Part shown: one piece after another, positions 46,279 to 55,468 of the stretch
How positions within the stretch are numbered: the first letter of the stretch is position 1
How the letters are laid out: each line of letters begins with the position of its first letter
DNA from: an uncultured Clostridia bacterium
GTDB lineage: Bacteria > Bacillota > Clostridia > TANB77 > CAG-508
Assembly (NCBI GenBank): GCA_934167305.1
Contig: CAKPKQ010000003.1
Location: 2,638-66,637 of the forward strand
Direction: 5' to 3'
DNA length: 64,000 bases
Notes under the pieces: model-generated
What the model was told of the DNA's origin: nothing
The model's database searches: none
What the model saw: the letters and a program-made list of their open reading frames with translations, nothing else
Translations under genes and position numbers: made by a program

Positions 46279-46948
46279 ATGAGTATAAAAGTTGATTTAA
46301 AAATTTTTTTATTTGCAATTGTATTTTGGTTTACTAAGCAAATAAAAATATATGCAATATTAATGATATTAGGGTTAATACATGAACTTGGGCACATGAT
46401 ATGTGGAATATGTTTAGGACTAAAACCAAGTAGTATAAAAATAACACCAGTAGGTTTTCAAATATTGTTTAAAAATTGTGTACAAGACTATAATAAAAAA
46501 ATAAAAAAAGGTAATGAAGTATGCATAAAAAAAATAGCAATTGCATTTGCAGGACCATTAGTTAATATGTTTATTGCAATAATTGCTTTTTTTATGCCAA
46601 AAAACATATTAATACAAAAAGAACTATTGGTATATGCAAACTTATTACTTGCAATATTTAATTTACTTCCAATATATCCTTTAGATGGAGGAAGAATTTT
46701 AAAAGAAATAATAACAATTAAAAGACGGAAGAAAAAATGCTTATGAGGAAATTAATTATATTTCTAAGATAACAGTGGTAGTACTTACAATAATTACGTC
46801 AATTATAATTTTAAAAATACATAACATTGCTATTTTAATTATACTAGCATATTTGTGGTACCTAACCATAAAAAATGAAAAAGAATATAAAATAAAAAGA
46901 AGAATTATAAATGTAATGGAAAAGTGCCGTAATGTTAAAAGTAGTTGA
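46279..46948 (+). pseudogene. M50 site-2 protease (SpoIVFB-like) with a frameshift at an A6 tract
   Basis: HELGHM and NLLPIYPLDGGRIL motifs. The ORF ends at TGA 46744-46746. The +1 frame continues ..NAYEEINYISKITVVVLTIITSIIILK.. to TGA 46946-46948. The shift maps to AAAAAA at 46732-46737. Confidence 0.75.
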
Positions 46949-47028
46949 CAAAATTCCAATTAAAGTTGCTAGACTTTTTGAAGAAAATATTGTATCATAA
47001 AATCGTAAAAATATTTGGAGGATTAAAT

Positions 47029-47562
47029 ATGAAATTTGAAGAAAAATTAATTAAATTAAGAAAAGAAAATTTACTATCACAAGAAGAACTAGCAGAAAAA
47101 TTGAATGTTACAAGACAAACAATATCTAAATGGGAACTTGGACAATCAAAACCTGATATTGAAAAACTTAAAGAGATTAGCTCACTTTTTAAAGTAAGTA
47201 TAGAACAATTAACAGATGATAATAATACTGAAATAAATAAAAAGATTAAAGAAAAAGATAATTCAAAAGTTGCAAAAATTATTATAACAATAACTGTAAT
47301 TGCTGTTGTTATTATAATAACATTAATAGTGGCTTTCGTTTATCAAAGAATTTTTAAAACATTTGATGGCTTTATAGATGATACAAAAGATATTATGAAT
47401 TCTACAATACAAACACAAAAAGACATGATGAATACATTTAATGATATGAGAGAAAATGTTTTAGAACAACAAAATAATACTAAAAGTAATATGGATGATC
47501 AGATGGAAGAAATGATGGAACGATATAAAAATATGCAAAACAAAATGAATGAATTACTATAA
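47029..47562 (+). CDS. XRE-family HTH protein with central TM segment
   Basis: ATG 47029 follows GGAGG. LSQEELAEKLNVTRQTISKWELGQSKP is a Cro/C1 HTH. TM segment IIITITVIAVVIIITLIVAFV. Confidence 0.8.
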   Translation: MKFEEKLIKLRKENLLSQEELAEKLNVTRQTISKWELGQSKPDIEKLKEISSLFKVSIEQLTDDNNTEINKKIKEKDNSKVAKIIITITVIAVVIIITLIVAFVYQRIFKTFDGFIDDTKDIMNSTIQTQKDMMNTFNDMRENVLEQQNNTKSNMDDQMEEMMERYKNMQNKMNELL

Positions 47563-47643
47563 ATAAAGAATAAAAGGTATTGAAAATGTAAAAAAAGAAA
47601 TGTAAAATTATATAAATAGAATTCAATCAAAAGGGGAATAAAT

Positions 47644-48186
47644 ATGGAAATAATAGTCATTTTATTTATAGTTTTAGTAATATTATTGTCTGTTTTAAAA
47701 ATGTATAATGATTTTATAAAACTAAAAAACAAAATAAAGCAATCTGAATCTGGAATAGATGTATATTTAAACCAGAGATTTGACTTAATACCAAATTTAG
47801 TTGAATGTGTAAAATCATATACAAAATATGAAACAGAAACATTAGATAAAATTGTAGAACTAAGAAATTCATATAATCAAAATAATGGTTTGGATTTGGA
47901 AAAGGCAACAGAACTTAACAACAATATTAATAAGATTTTAGTTGTTGCAGAAAATTACCCAGAGCTTAAATCAAGTGAACAATATTTGAATTTACAAAAA
48001 AACTTAAGTAAAGTTGAAAGCCAACTTCAAGCTGCAAGAAGAATTTATAATAATGATGTAACAAATTATAATACAAAAATAGACACTGTTCCAGCAAATA
48101 TAATTGCGGCAATATTTGGATTTAAAAAGGCAGACCTATTTCAAATTGAAGAATATAAAAAAGAAAATATTAATATAGAATTATAG
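47644..48186 (+). CDS. LemA-family protein
   Basis: 180 aa. N-terminal TM. LemA-typical RFDLIPNLVE and AENYPELK segments. Confidence 0.88.
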   Translation: MEIIVILFIVLVILLSVLKMYNDFIKLKNKIKQSESGIDVYLNQRFDLIPNLVECVKSYTKYETETLDKIVELRNSYNQNNGLDLEKATELNNNINKILVVAENYPELKSSEQYLNLQKNLSKVESQLQAARRIYNNDVTNYNTKIDTVPANIIAAIFGFKKADLFQIEEYKKENINIEL

Positions 48187-48195
48187 GACAATAAT

Positions 48196-49149
48196 ATGAA
48201 AGATTTTGAAGATTTATATAATGAATTAATAAATAAAAATGAGAGTGAACTATCAAAATTATGGGAAGAAACTAAAAAAGAAAAAATAAAAAGAATAACA
48301 TTAATATTAGTATTAATTGCTATAGTTGATATAGCAATTATATTTGTTATGAGTAGCCAAATTCATAGTGTTGAAAATACTGAATTTTGCATTATGGTTA
48401 TATCACCGATAATATTTTGTGATGTGATTATAGCTACAATTATAAGCATTCTTATGAGAGGTAAAGCAGTAAATTATAACTCTGCATATAAAGAAAATAT
48501 ATTGGAGAAATTGATAAAAAATTTTTTTGATGAAGTTGATTATATTCCTAAAAAGGGAATGCCAGCAGGTATATATGATGAAGGGAAATATAATGAATAT
48601 TACAATAGATATTACTCAGACGATTATGTAGATGCCAAGCTGGATAATAAATATGATATGAAAATGGCAGAAGTACATACAGTTTATGAATCTACACATA
48701 CTGATAGTGATGGACACACTCATACAGATAGGGTAACTAAATTCCATGGATTATTTGTAAAAATAAAAATGGACAAGTCAATAAAAAATAATTTGATTAT
48801 AAAACAAGATAAATCAATTAGAAAAAAAGAAAAACTAGAAATGGACTCAACAGAATTTGAAAAACTTTTTGATGTAAGCTCAGAAGACAACATAATTGGA
48901 ATGCAAATATTAACTCATGATGTTATGGAACTTTTAATAGATTATAGAAAATATCTAAAACGTCCTTTTGATATTTGTATTTATGAAGATACAATTTATA
49001 TAAGAATACACTGTGGAACCATGTTTGAGGCAAAAATAAATTCAAAAACATTTGTTGATAAAGAACAGACAGAACAATATTATAATATGCTAAGATTTGT
49101 ATATAAATTAGCAAAAGAAGTTATTAAAATGAGTGATGGGGATTTTTAA
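48196..49149 (+). CDS. DUF3137-like membrane protein (LemA partner)
   Basis: 317 aa with two TMs. Immediately downstream of lemA, as is common for DUF3137. Confidence 0.65.
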   Translation: MKDFEDLYNELINKNESELSKLWEETKKEKIKRITLILVLIAIVDIAIIFVMSSQIHSVENTEFCIMVISPIIFCDVIIATIISILMRGKAVNYNSAYKENILEKLIKNFFDEVDYIPKKGMPAGIYDEGKYNEYYNRYYSDDYVDAKLDNKYDMKMAEVHTVYESTHTDSDGHTHTDRVTKFHGLFVKIKMDKSIKNNLIIKQDKSIRKKEKLEMDSTEFEKLFDVSSEDNIIGMQILTHDVMELLIDYRKYLKRPFDICIYEDTIYIRIHCGTMFEAKINSKTFVDKEQTEQYYNMLRFVYKLAKEVIKMSDGDF

Positions 49150-49173
49150 AGTGAACATTTTTTGACAAAACCC

Positions 49174-49276
49174 TTGAAATTAATGGAAAATAATAGTATA
49201 ATAATAACGTTAAAAAGGAAAATATTCCTTACTTACAATTTAGTTGTAGGTTTTAATCCATGAGGAGGTGAATATA
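49174..49276 (+). promoter_or_regulatory. rpsF promoter (TTGAAA-17-TATAAT) and structured leader
   Basis: -35 at 49174-49179 and -10 at 49197-49202. The leader contains an AAGGAA..TTCCTT hairpin. Firmicute rpsF operons carry an S6:S18-binding leader. Confidence 0.5.
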
Positions 49277-49558
49277 ATGAACAAATACGAAAGTGTTGTC
49301 ATTATTGATCCAGCTGTAGAAGAAGATAAAGTAAAAGAATTATCTCAAAAATTTACAGACATAATCAATAATGATGGTAAAGTAGAAAAAGTTGAAGAAC
49401 TTGGTAAGAAAAAATTAGCTTATGAAGTAAAGAAAAACAAAGAAGGTTACTATGTTGTTATCAACTTTGAAGCAAATCCAAACTTAATTTCTGAACTAGA
49501 AAGAAATTACAGAATTATGGATGAAGTAATTAAATTTATTACAGTAAAAGCAGAATAA
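49277..49558 (+). CDS. rpsF: 30S ribosomal protein S6
   Basis: MNKYESVVIIDP start follows GGAGGTG. Canonical rpsF-ssb-rpsR order. Confidence 0.95.
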   Translation: MNKYESVVIIDPAVEEDKVKELSQKFTDIINNDGKVEKVEELGKKKLAYEVKKNKEGYYVVINFEANPNLISELERNYRIMDEVIKFITVKAE

Positions 49559-49591
49559 TTTATTGCAAAAAACAAAATGTGAGGTGTAAAA

Positions 49592-50020
49592 ATGAACAAA
49601 GTAATTTTAATGGGGCGCTTAACAAGAGATCCAGAGGTAAGATATACACAAACAAACAACACATTAGTAGCTTCTTTCAGTTTAGCTGTAAATCGTAGAT
49701 TTACTAGACCAGGGGAAGAAAGACAAGCAGATTTCATTAATATAGTAGCATGGAGCAAACTAGGTGAATTCTGTAGTAAATATTTTAAAAAAGGTCAACA
49801 AGTTGGAATAATAGGAAGAATACAAACAAGAACTTGGGATGATGAACAAGGACAAAAACGTTATATAACAGAAGTTATAGCAGAAGAAGCATATTTTGCA
49901 GATAGCAAAAGAGAAGGAGATGGAGCAAATAATAACTTTGACTCAACCTTCGGTACAATGCCTTCTACAGACTCTAGTTCTGATTTTGAAATTTCTTCAG
50001 GAGATGACCTACCATTTTAA
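49592..50020 (+). CDS. ssb: Single-stranded DNA-binding protein
   Basis: OB fold (MNKVILMGRLTRDPEVRYT). Acidic tail ending DDLPF. Confidence 0.96.
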   Translation: MNKVILMGRLTRDPEVRYTQTNNTLVASFSLAVNRRFTRPGEERQADFINIVAWSKLGEFCSKYFKKGQQVGIIGRIQTRTWDDEQGQKRYITEVIAEEAYFADSKREGDGANNNFDSTFGTMPSTDSSSDFEISSGDDLPF

Positions 50021-50041
50021 TTAGAATAGGGGGGAAAGAAA

Positions 50042-50320
50042 ATGGCAGACAAAAAGAATAATAAAAGAAATATGAGAAACAATGATGAAGATTATAATCC
50101 TAAATTTAGAAAAGTTAGAAAAAAGGTATGTCCATTATGTGCTGATAAAAACTTAAAATTAGATTATAAAAATGCTGATCAGTTAAGAAAATTCATTAAT
50201 GAAAAAGGAAAAATACTTCCAAGAAGAGCAACTGGAGCATGTGCAATTCATCAAAGAGATATTACATTAGCTGTTAAAAGAGCTAGACAAATAGCTATAT
50301 TACCATATACAGCAGAATAA
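50042..50320 (+). CDS. rpsR: 30S ribosomal protein S18
   Basis: 92 aa with S18 motifs ([22 protein letters not shown]). Confidence 0.95.
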   Translation: MADKKNNKRNMRNNDEDYNPKFRKVRKKVCPLCADKNLKLDYKNADQLRKFINEKGKILPRRATGACAIHQRDITLAVKRARQIAILPYTAE

Positions 50321-50447
50321 TTAATAAAAATACACCTGAGAGGGTGTATTTTTTTGTGACTTGAAAATTAAATGTTAAAAATTGTTTAAAAAAGTAGCAG
50401 ATAGGGAATAATTTCAATAAAATAATATAGAAATATAGGAGAAATTT

Positions 50448-51305
50448 ATGAAAATTGGAATTGCTTTATCTGGTGGCGGAATACGTGGAATTGCACATGC
50501 TGGTGTTTTAAAAGCACTTGAAGAAAATAACATTAAAATTGATATAATAGGTGGAACAAGTGCTGGGGGAATGGTGGCAAGTTTATATGCAATGGGAATT
50601 GAACCTGAAATGATACATACTTTGTTTAAAAAATATGCAAAAGAAATAATTGGTGCAAACAAAATGCCGTTTTTATCAAAATTATTAAAGTATTCATTTA
50701 GTAAAAAAGTTACACTGACAGGTTTTAATAATGGAGAATCAATAGAAAAAATATATAATAAAATAGCAAAAGAACAAGATATAGAAAAAATCAATCAAAT
50801 ACAAATGCCTTTAGTAATTACTACTGTGGATATTATGAAGCCAAAGGAATATATATTTACTAACAATATTCCAAAAGATGAAGAAGATAAGTCAAAATAC
50901 ATTAAAGATATTACAGTTGGAAAAGCTGTTAGAGCAAGTAGTAGTTTTCCAGCAGTATTTATGCCGTGTAAAGTTGATGAATATGCATTTATGGATGGAG
51001 GTGTCTTAGATAATGTACCAGTTGAAGAAGTAAGAAAACAGGGGGCTGACAAGGTATTAGCTGTTAAATTTGATGCAGACAAAATTGAAAAAGATAGCAA
51101 TTTAATGGATATAGCAATGAAAACAATTGACATTATGGGAAATAAAATATCAGAAGAAGGTTTGAAAAAAAGTGATTATGTATTAAATGTATATACAGAT
51201 AAAGTGGGTTTGTTAGATATACAAAAACTAGATAAATGCTATGAATATGGTTATCAAAGTGTAATAAAAAATTTAGATGAAATAAAAAAAGCGATGCAAC
51301 TTTGA
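50448..51305 (+). CDS. Patatin-like phospholipase
   Basis: GGGIRG oxyanion motif, GTSAG (GxSxG) nucleophile, DGG catalytic Asp region. Confidence 0.9.
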   Translation: MKIGIALSGGGIRGIAHAGVLKALEENNIKIDIIGGTSAGGMVASLYAMGIEPEMIHTLFKKYAKEIIGANKMPFLSKLLKYSFSKKVTLTGFNNGESIEKIYNKIAKEQDIEKINQIQMPLVITTVDIMKPKEYIFTNNIPKDEEDKSKYIKDITVGKAVRASSSFPAVFMPCKVDEYAFMDGGVLDNVPVEEVRKQGADKVLAVKFDADKIEKDSNLMDIAMKTIDIMGNKISEEGLKKSDYVLNVYTDKVGLLDIQKLDKCYEYGYQSVIKNLDEIKKAMQL

Positions 51306-51329
51306 TTGAGTTGTATCGCTTTTTTTTTA

Positions 51330-52475
51330 TTATTTTTCTTCAACTTTTTCAATAGTCTCTTTTTTTACGAATAATGAATATATAAATATTCCTAAACCGT
51401 AAACAATAGTGAAAATTGAAATATAATTACCTACATATGGTATTTGTTGAGCTAACCATAATACGGCAACTGAAGCAATAGAAAGTAAAATTGTTTTAGC
51501 TCTTGTTTTATTTTTTAATTTATTTGCAAAATTGTTTCCAATTGTAATTCCTAAAATAGAAATAGTTATTGAAAGTATTAAAAGGTATACAGTGATTAAA
51601 GCAAAGCTTACATATGATAAAATACCTGTTATAAGTAAAAATATTGATATAAAAGGTGTAAGTACAAATGCTAAAACACCAATTAATATTGCAATAAAAG
51701 ATTTTTTACTTGTAGTATAAGTTGCTTTTTCTGCAAAACCAGGTGTAATAAAAGTTGCAAGTAAAATAGTTACTACTGCATATAATATTACTGATATAAA
51801 ACTTGTAATATATTTTTTAATTATGTCAGTAGTTGATGGTTCTGAAATTTTAACTTCAGAAAAATTAATTTTTCTAGCAACAATACCTTCAGGAATTTCT
51901 ACCTCTTTTTGAGCACTATAATAAAAATCTCTAGCAACAACATTTTCGGCATTATTAGCAAATGAGAAAGGACCACTTACATAAAGGTCTCTTCCGATTC
52001 TGCCATCAAATGATGAACTTGCAGAAGAAATTTTTAAATCTCTTATAATGTTGGCACTTTTTTCTAAGGTGAATGATTTGGCAATTATATAAGCATCACT
52101 TGCAATTCCTTTAAATGTAATTTGTTGAGCTACAGCAAATATATTTCCTTCTATAATTGCATTTTCCTCAATTACTAAAGAATTTGCTAATACAAATAAA
52201 TCGCCATCAATTCTACCTGTAATTTTAACTTCTGATCCAAATATAAATGAGTTTCCGTTTATATTTCCATTTATTAAAACAGAGTTACCACCCTCATAAA
52301 TATCACCATCAGTATTTGGAACTGTAATGTCTTGATTTTCTGTAGTTTGAGCAGAGTCAAGCAAAGCAGTAACCATACCATCTTCTACTGATGTTACATT
52401 TTCAGCAAAACATACAGAAGAAAAAGTTAATAATAAAATAAAACATAGTATTAAAACTTTACATGTTTTCTTCAT
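51330..52475 (-). CDS. Secreted/membrane protein with bactofilin-like beta-helical repeats and a C-terminal multi-TM region
   Basis: Signal peptide. Repetitive GxIxGDLxV-type region. Four to five C-terminal TMs. Family assignment tentative. Confidence 0.6.
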   Translation of the reverse strand: MKKTCKVLILCFILLLTFSSVCFAENVTSVEDGMVTALLDSAQTTENQDITVPNTDGDIYEGGNSVLINGNINGNSFIFGSEVKITGRIDGDLFVLANSLVIEENAIIEGNIFAVAQQITFKGIASDAYIIAKSFTLEKSANIIRDLKISSASSSFDGRIGRDLYVSGPFSFANNAENVVARDFYYSAQKEVEIPEGIVARKINFSEVKISEPSTTDIIKKYITSFISVILYAVVTILLATFITPGFAEKATYTTSKKSFIAILIGVLAFVLTPFISIFLLITGILSYVSFALITVYLLILSITISILGITIGNNFANKLKNKTRAKTILLSIASVAVLWLAQQIPYVGNYISIFTIVYGLGIFIYSLFVKKETIEKVEEK

Positions 52476-52533
52476 AAAAAAACCTCCTTTTAAATGATAA
52501 TATAAATATATATCATTTAAAGGAGAAAGTCAA

Positions 52534-53160
52534 TTACTTAAATGATTTGCACAAGCTATTAATACAACAATTTTTGCAATTTGGTTTTTGAGCCTTACAT
52601 ATATTTCTGCCATGCAAAATTAAAATATGATTTGCATCTGAATAGTATTTTTTAGGTAAAATTTTTAATAGATCTTTTTCTATTTTTTCTGGATCTTTTT
52701 CATTTGAAAAGCCAATGCGATTTGATAACCTTTTAACATGAGTATCAACAGCAATTCCTTGAGGGTTATTAAAGGCTTCAAGCATAATTACATTTGCACT
52801 TTTTCTACCAACCCCTGGAATAGTCATTAATTCTTCCATTGTATTAGGAACATCACCATTAAAATCTTTCAATATTTTTTGTGAAGCAAGCTTTAAATTT
52901 TTAGCTTTATTTCTGTAAAAACCACAAGAATGAATCATTTTTTCAATATCTTCTAATGGTAAATTTGCAAAATCTTCAGGAGTATTGTACTTTGGAAAAA
53001 TTTCTGCGGTTACTTTATTTACTCTTTCATCAGTACATTGGGCTGATAAGGCAACAGCAACAAGTATTTCAAATGGAGTGGTAAAATTTAAGCTACATTT
53101 TGCATCTGGGTATTCTTTTTTTAATATTTCAAAAATTTTTATAAACTTTTCTTTTTTCAT
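52534..53160 (-). CDS. nth: Endonuclease III
   Basis: HhH-GPD (PGVGRKSANV). 4Fe-4S cluster C-x6-C-x2-C-x5-C (CKAQKPNCKNCCINSLC). ATG 53160 has an AAGGA RBS; the track ORF extends to 53178. Confidence 0.92.
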   Translation of the reverse strand: MKKEKFIKIFEILKKEYPDAKCSLNFTTPFEILVAVALSAQCTDERVNKVTAEIFPKYNTPEDFANLPLEDIEKMIHSCGFYRNKAKNLKLASQKILKDFNGDVPNTMEELMTIPGVGRKSANVIMLEAFNNPQGIAVDTHVKRLSNRIGFSNEKDPEKIEKDLLKILPKKYYSDANHILILHGRNICKAQKPNCKNCCINSLCKSFK

Positions 53161-53297
53161 AATAGAGTCCTTCTTCATATTTTACATATATTAAAGCACA
53201 AAGCTAACAAAAAAGCAATTAATGTGAAAACATAAAATGGTAACAAAAATGGAAGATAATAATATAATATACAAAAGAGAAAGGAGGTAATTTACAA

Positions 53298-53447
53298 ATG
53301 TTTTGTGCACTGAAAAAAACAATAGGTGTATGTCTTATAGGGTTAGGATTGGGCATATTACTTGTATTATTACTTCCAATATCAGGATGGTTATTTACAA
53401 TTGGTTTATTAATTGTAATAGTTGGGCTAATGTGGTTATCTTGCTAA
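53298..53447 (+). CDS. Small membrane protein, 49 aa (two TM)
   Basis: Not in the track. AAGGAGG RBS 8 nt before the ATG. Sequence MFCALKKTIGVCLIGLGLGILLVLLLPISGWLFTIGLLIVIVGLMWLSC. Confidence 0.45.
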   Translation: MFCALKKTIGVCLIGLGLGILLVLLLPISGWLFTIGLLIVIVGLMWLSC

Positions 53448-53468
53448 AAAAAGGAGAGTGAATAATAA

Positions 53469-53546
53469 ATGACGATTGTTGTTAAAAAAGTTCCAAAATG
53501 CTTGAGGGGTATTGTTAAATTATTATTTGGAATAAAAGAAAAATGA
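53469..53546 (+). CDS. Small ORF, 25 aa (MTIVVKKVPKCLRGIVKLLFGIKEK)
   Basis: AAAGGAGAG RBS about 9 nt upstream. Followed by the terminator hairpin AAGGCTAT..ATAGCCTT. Confidence 0.25.
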   Translation: MTIVVKKVPKCLRGIVKLLFGIKEK

Positions 53547-53602
53547 TACTCAAAAAAAGGCTATTTACATAGCCTTAATTTTTTGCATATAAAATTTAAA
53601 AA

Positions 53603-53800
53603 CTAAGCTCTTGCAACTTTCCCAGAACGTAAGCATTTTGCACAAGCATGAATTGTTTGAGTTTCACCATTAACAACAGCTTTAACTCTTCTTAAGTTTG
53701 GTCTAAAAGCTCTAGTTGTTCTTCTACTAATATGAGAACGAGCTATACTAAGCTTGTTTCCATGAGCTAATGATTTTCCACAAATATCACATTTTGCCAT
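53603..53800 (-). CDS. rpmB: 50S ribosomal protein L28
   Basis: 65 aa. MAKCDICGK start. Zn-ribbon-type CxxC..CxxC form. Confidence 0.95.
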   Translation of the reverse strand: MAKCDICGKSLAHGNKLSIARSHISRRTTRAFRPNLRRVKAVVNGETQTIHACAKCLRSGKVARA

Positions 53801-53899
53801 TGAACTGCACCTCCTATGTGAAATCTAAAATTGACTAAGTATAAGTTTAACACATATTACAACAAAATACAAGTGTTTTACGAAAATTCGTAATAAAAG

Positions 53900-54592
53900 T
53901 TATTTATTAATTATGTCTTTAATAACTTCTCCAGCTAAAATTAAACCTGCAACAGATGGAACAAAGCTAATACTAGCAGGAGTTCTTTTATTAGTTTCAT
54001 CAAAACGTTTTGGTTCTTCTTTAGAGTAAACTACCTTTAAATGTTTAATTCCACGTTTGCTAAGCTCTTTTCTCATAACTTTAGCTAATGGACATACTGA
54101 AGTTTTTGTAATATCAGATACTTCAAATTTGGTAGGGTCTAATTTATTTCCAGTACCCATAGAGCAAATAATTGGAATTTCACGTTTATGACATTCTTCT
54201 ACCAAATTAATTTTAGAAGTAACACAATCAATTGCATCAACCACATAATCAAAATGAGTACTTAAAATTTCATCTGCACGTGAAGCATCATAAAACATTT
54301 GATATGTAGTTATATTTAGATTAGGGTTGATTTTAAGCAATCTTTCTTTTTCAACATCAACTTTAGGCATTCCAATAGTAGTAGTATCTGCAATAAGTTG
54401 ACGATTTATATTTGTAATATCTACAACATCTTTATCAACTAATGTAAGGTTGCCGATTCCACTACGTGCTAAAGCTTCAATTGCATAAGAACCAACGCCT
54501 CCACAGCCAAATACTGCAACATGAGAATTTTTTAATTTATTAATATTATCTATTCCGATTAAATATTCAGTTCTATTAAGCCAATTGTTCAT
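53900..54592 (-). CDS. tcdA: tRNA threonylcarbamoyladenosine dehydratase (ThiF/MoeB-family, TcdA-like)
   Basis: 230 aa. Rossmann GCGGVGS. TcdA/YrvM-like length and motifs. Confidence 0.82.
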   Translation of the reverse strand: MNNWLNRTEYLIGIDNINKLKNSHVAVFGCGGVGSYAIEALARSGIGNLTLVDKDVVDITNINRQLIADTTTIGMPKVDVEKERLLKINPNLNITTYQMFYDASRADEILSTHFDYVVDAIDCVTSKINLVEECHKREIPIICSMGTGNKLDPTKFEVSDITKTSVCPLAKVMRKELSKRGIKHLKVVYSKEEPKRFDETNKRTPASISFVPSVAGLILAGEVIKDIINK

Positions 54593-54726
54593 TTTTTAAT
54601 ACCTCGAACCATATTATAGCATTTTTTAAAATTAGGTGTCAATATATTCCGAACAAAAATTTGCAAAAGCACTTGCAATTTTTTTATTTTATGATAAAAT
54701 GTGTGTGATAAAAAAGGAGAATGAAA

Positions 54727-55344
54727 ATGTTAGCATATATTAAAGGAATTTTAGAAATTAAAACAAAAGGTTATATAGTGGTAGAAGTAGGTGGATTAGG
54801 GTATAAAATTTTTATGCCAGAATCTACAATAGCAAAAGCCGGCAATATTGGAGATAAAGTACAAATACATACATTTATGAGGGTTAGAGAAGATGATGTT
54901 AGCTTATATGGTTTTTTAACAAATGAAGAATTACGTATGTTTGAGCTATTATTAAGTGTTAGTGGAATAGGAGCAAAAGGAGCATTAGGAATATTATCTA
55001 ATATTACACCATCTCAATTTGCGTTAGCAGTTATATCAAATGATGTGGCAATATTAAAAAAGGTACCAGGGATTGGACCTAAAACAGCTCAAAGAGCCAT
55101 ATTAGAGTTAAAAGATAAATTGAAAAAAGATCAAGAAATAGCAGTTACAGAAGGAGAAGAGGCTTCAAGTATTGAAAAAGTTATTAAAGAAGATGAAAAA
55201 GTATCAGAAGCTATTAGTGCATTACAGGTACTTGGTTATAGCAGACGTGAAATAGTAGAAGCATTACAAAATGTAGAGTTAACTTCATTATCTGTAGAGG
55301 ATATTATAAGAAAAGGACTTGCTAATTTAGCTAAGAAATTATAA
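54727..55344 (+). CDS. ruvA: Holliday junction DNA helicase RuvA
   Basis: MLAYIKG start. HhH motifs (VSGIGAKGA, VPGIGPKTAQR). C-terminal domain III. Confidence 0.93.
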   Translation: MLAYIKGILEIKTKGYIVVEVGGLGYKIFMPESTIAKAGNIGDKVQIHTFMRVREDDVSLYGFLTNEELRMFELLLSVSGIGAKGALGILSNITPSQFALAVISNDVAILKKVPGIGPKTAQRAILELKDKLKKDQEIAVTEGEEASSIEKVIKEDEKVSEAISALQVLGYSRREIVEALQNVELTSLSVEDIIRKGLANLAKKL

Positions 55345-55355
55345 TATTTAGAGTA

Positions 55356-55431
55356 GGCACAGCGACTTTGATATATATTTTTTCGTGCTTTAGCCTAAGA
55401 AAAAATATATTCAAAGTGCAAGCGACGTGCC
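55356..55431. repeat. 76-nt imperfect palindrome between ruvA and rarA
   Basis: GGCAC..CTTTGATATATATTTTTT / AAAAAATATATTCAAAG..GTGCC. No trailing T-run. Confidence 0.7.
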
Positions 55432-55468
55432 GGAGAGATCAAAATAGAGATAAAAGGAGCTTTGAATA

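Noticed and set aside
53879-53892. TACGAA-AA-TTCGTA palindrome between tcdA and rpmB as a Zur box controlling L28
   Set aside because: It is a short AT-rich 6-2-6 palindrome that only loosely resembles the Zur consensus. The L28 here is the Zn-ribbon (CxxC) form, not the Zur-regulated C-minus type. It could simply be spacer or terminator sequence.
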